A stretch of 64,000 nt of DNA, from contig PHBK01000015.1 in NCBI GenBank assembly GCA_002840565.1, positions 12,108 to 76,107 on the forward strand. The letters are read 5' to 3'. Below the pieces are notes generated by a model, which was given only the letters and a program-made list of their open reading frames with translations, was not told where the DNA came from and did no database searches. Made by a program: the position numbers and the translations under genes. This stretch comes from Deltaproteobacteria bacterium HGW-Deltaproteobacteria-12 (lineage in GTDB: Bacteria > Desulfobacterota > Syntrophia > Syntrophales > Smithellaceae). Of the stretch, positions 63,464 through 64,000 are shown in pieces. Every line of letters starts with the position of its first letter. Position 1 is the first letter of the stretch.

Positions 63464-64000
63464 CTAACTTATTGCCTTCTCGCCAGGCGTCTCTTCTTGT
63501 GCATACTTAGCCATATCTGCTACTACAGTTCGCGAGACGAGAATAAAGAGTATCGCCGGTACGAATGTAATAAACGGGATCAGGGTAAGAGCTGCTTTCA
63601 AACCGATTATGTCCGATATAAAGCCGACCAGGACGGGGCCCACAGACTGGCCGATCAGGGCGCTGGCAGTGATACATGTCGCCCCCACGGTCGTCCGCAC
63701 GGCGGGATTAGTGGTGCTAAGCAAGATAGCTGAAGCCGCACCCGAATGGGCGGCGGCGAACAACGCACCGCCGAAAATTAGCACCAAAACAAGTGAGCTG
63801 GGCGGGAGGGCACAGGCCACAATCAACAAAACACCAGTGAGAGCTGTATACGCTGCAGCAGACCATCCCCGATAGCGCATATCTTTGCGGGACAGCCGAT
63901 CGGAAAAGGTGCCTCCCAAAATCATACCCACTGCAGTTAACACTACAAGTGCTGCTCCCATCAGGCCGGCTTTTTTAATGTCCATGCCGAAATATCGATT
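63464..64000 (-). CDS. MFS transporter, C-terminal half; the gene continues beyond the right edge
   Basis: The reading frame stays open to position 64000. Six hydrophobic segments, with GTFSDRLSRK resembling the MFS loop motif. Confidence 0.7.
   Translation of the reverse strand, partial: NRYFGMDIKKAGLMGAALVVLTAVGMILGGTFSDRLSRKDMRYRGWSAAAYTALTGVLLIVACALPPSSLVLVLIFGGALFAAAHSGAASAILLSTTNPAVRTTVGATCITASALIGQSVGPVLVGFISDIIGLKAALTLIPFITFVPAILFILVSRTVVADMAKYAQEETPGEKAIS

Noticed and set aside
1-64000. CRISPR arrays, rRNA genes and recognisable defence systems (restriction-modification, toxin-antitoxin pairs, CBASS, retrons)
   Set aside because: I saw no regularly spaced direct repeats with unique spacers, no rRNA-like sequence, and no ORFs with nuclease/methylase or toxin-antitoxin signatures beyond the small GIY-YIG and the XRE/AlpA regulators. 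Absence is judged by eye only.

Overview
The window has a GC-richer core region (1-24.6 kb) followed by AT-richer accessory DNA that starts exactly at the 3' end of a tRNA-Phe gene and runs to the window end. By gene content it looks like an anaerobe (Desulfobacterota-like) chromosome; that placement is inference.

Core region: a partial acyl-CoA ligase, a cupin, an M48/DUF45 peptidase, a DUF2156 protein, a FeoA-FeoB fusion, an Isf-type flavoprotein and polA. A long minus-strand tetrapyrrole operon encodes the siroheme-dependent alternative heme route: sirC, ccsA/hemX-like, hemA, hemC, cobA-hemD fusion, a secreted TPR protein, ahbC, hemB, ahbD, an inserted GIY-YIG cassette, then ahbA/B. After it come a crotonase, a YtfJ-like protein, prmA, rsmE and an RDD protein.

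Accessory region, part 1 (24.6 to about 32 kb): an integrative mobilizable element with a tyrosine integrase, Xis, an RHH-membrane protein, a MobF relaxase-helicase, a rep-like HTH protein, AlpA and an XRE regulator.

Accessory region, part 2 (33-64 kb): a metal-ion and redox gene collection.
- CzcCBA-type RND pump followed by a frameshifted PII gene
- SDH protease, DedA, DUF302, flavodoxin-ferredoxin, AhpD-like protein, orphan TAXI protein
- MgtA-like P-type ATPase and a 4Fe-4S protein
- a LysR-controlled operon with a CDF transporter, two bestrophin-like paralogs and a His-rich protein
- NfsA, a CorA-like protein with GMS instead of GMN, OYE, and a partial MFS gene

The most unusual signal is not a gene. 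A family of co-oriented intergenic repeats (short, long and variant forms, at least 8 copies between 33 and 63 kb) sits just 3' of plus-strand genes and cuts the accessory region into modules, three of them single-gene units. I could not assign these repeats to a known element class.

Other notable items:
- a 353-bp GIY-YIG cassette with 27-bp hairpin-forming terminal inverted repeats inside the heme operon
- a 110-bp inverted-repeat element near 1 kb
- a perfect 18-bp palindrome overlapping a consensus promoter

All protein calls rest on motif recognition by eye from the translations. No database search was run.
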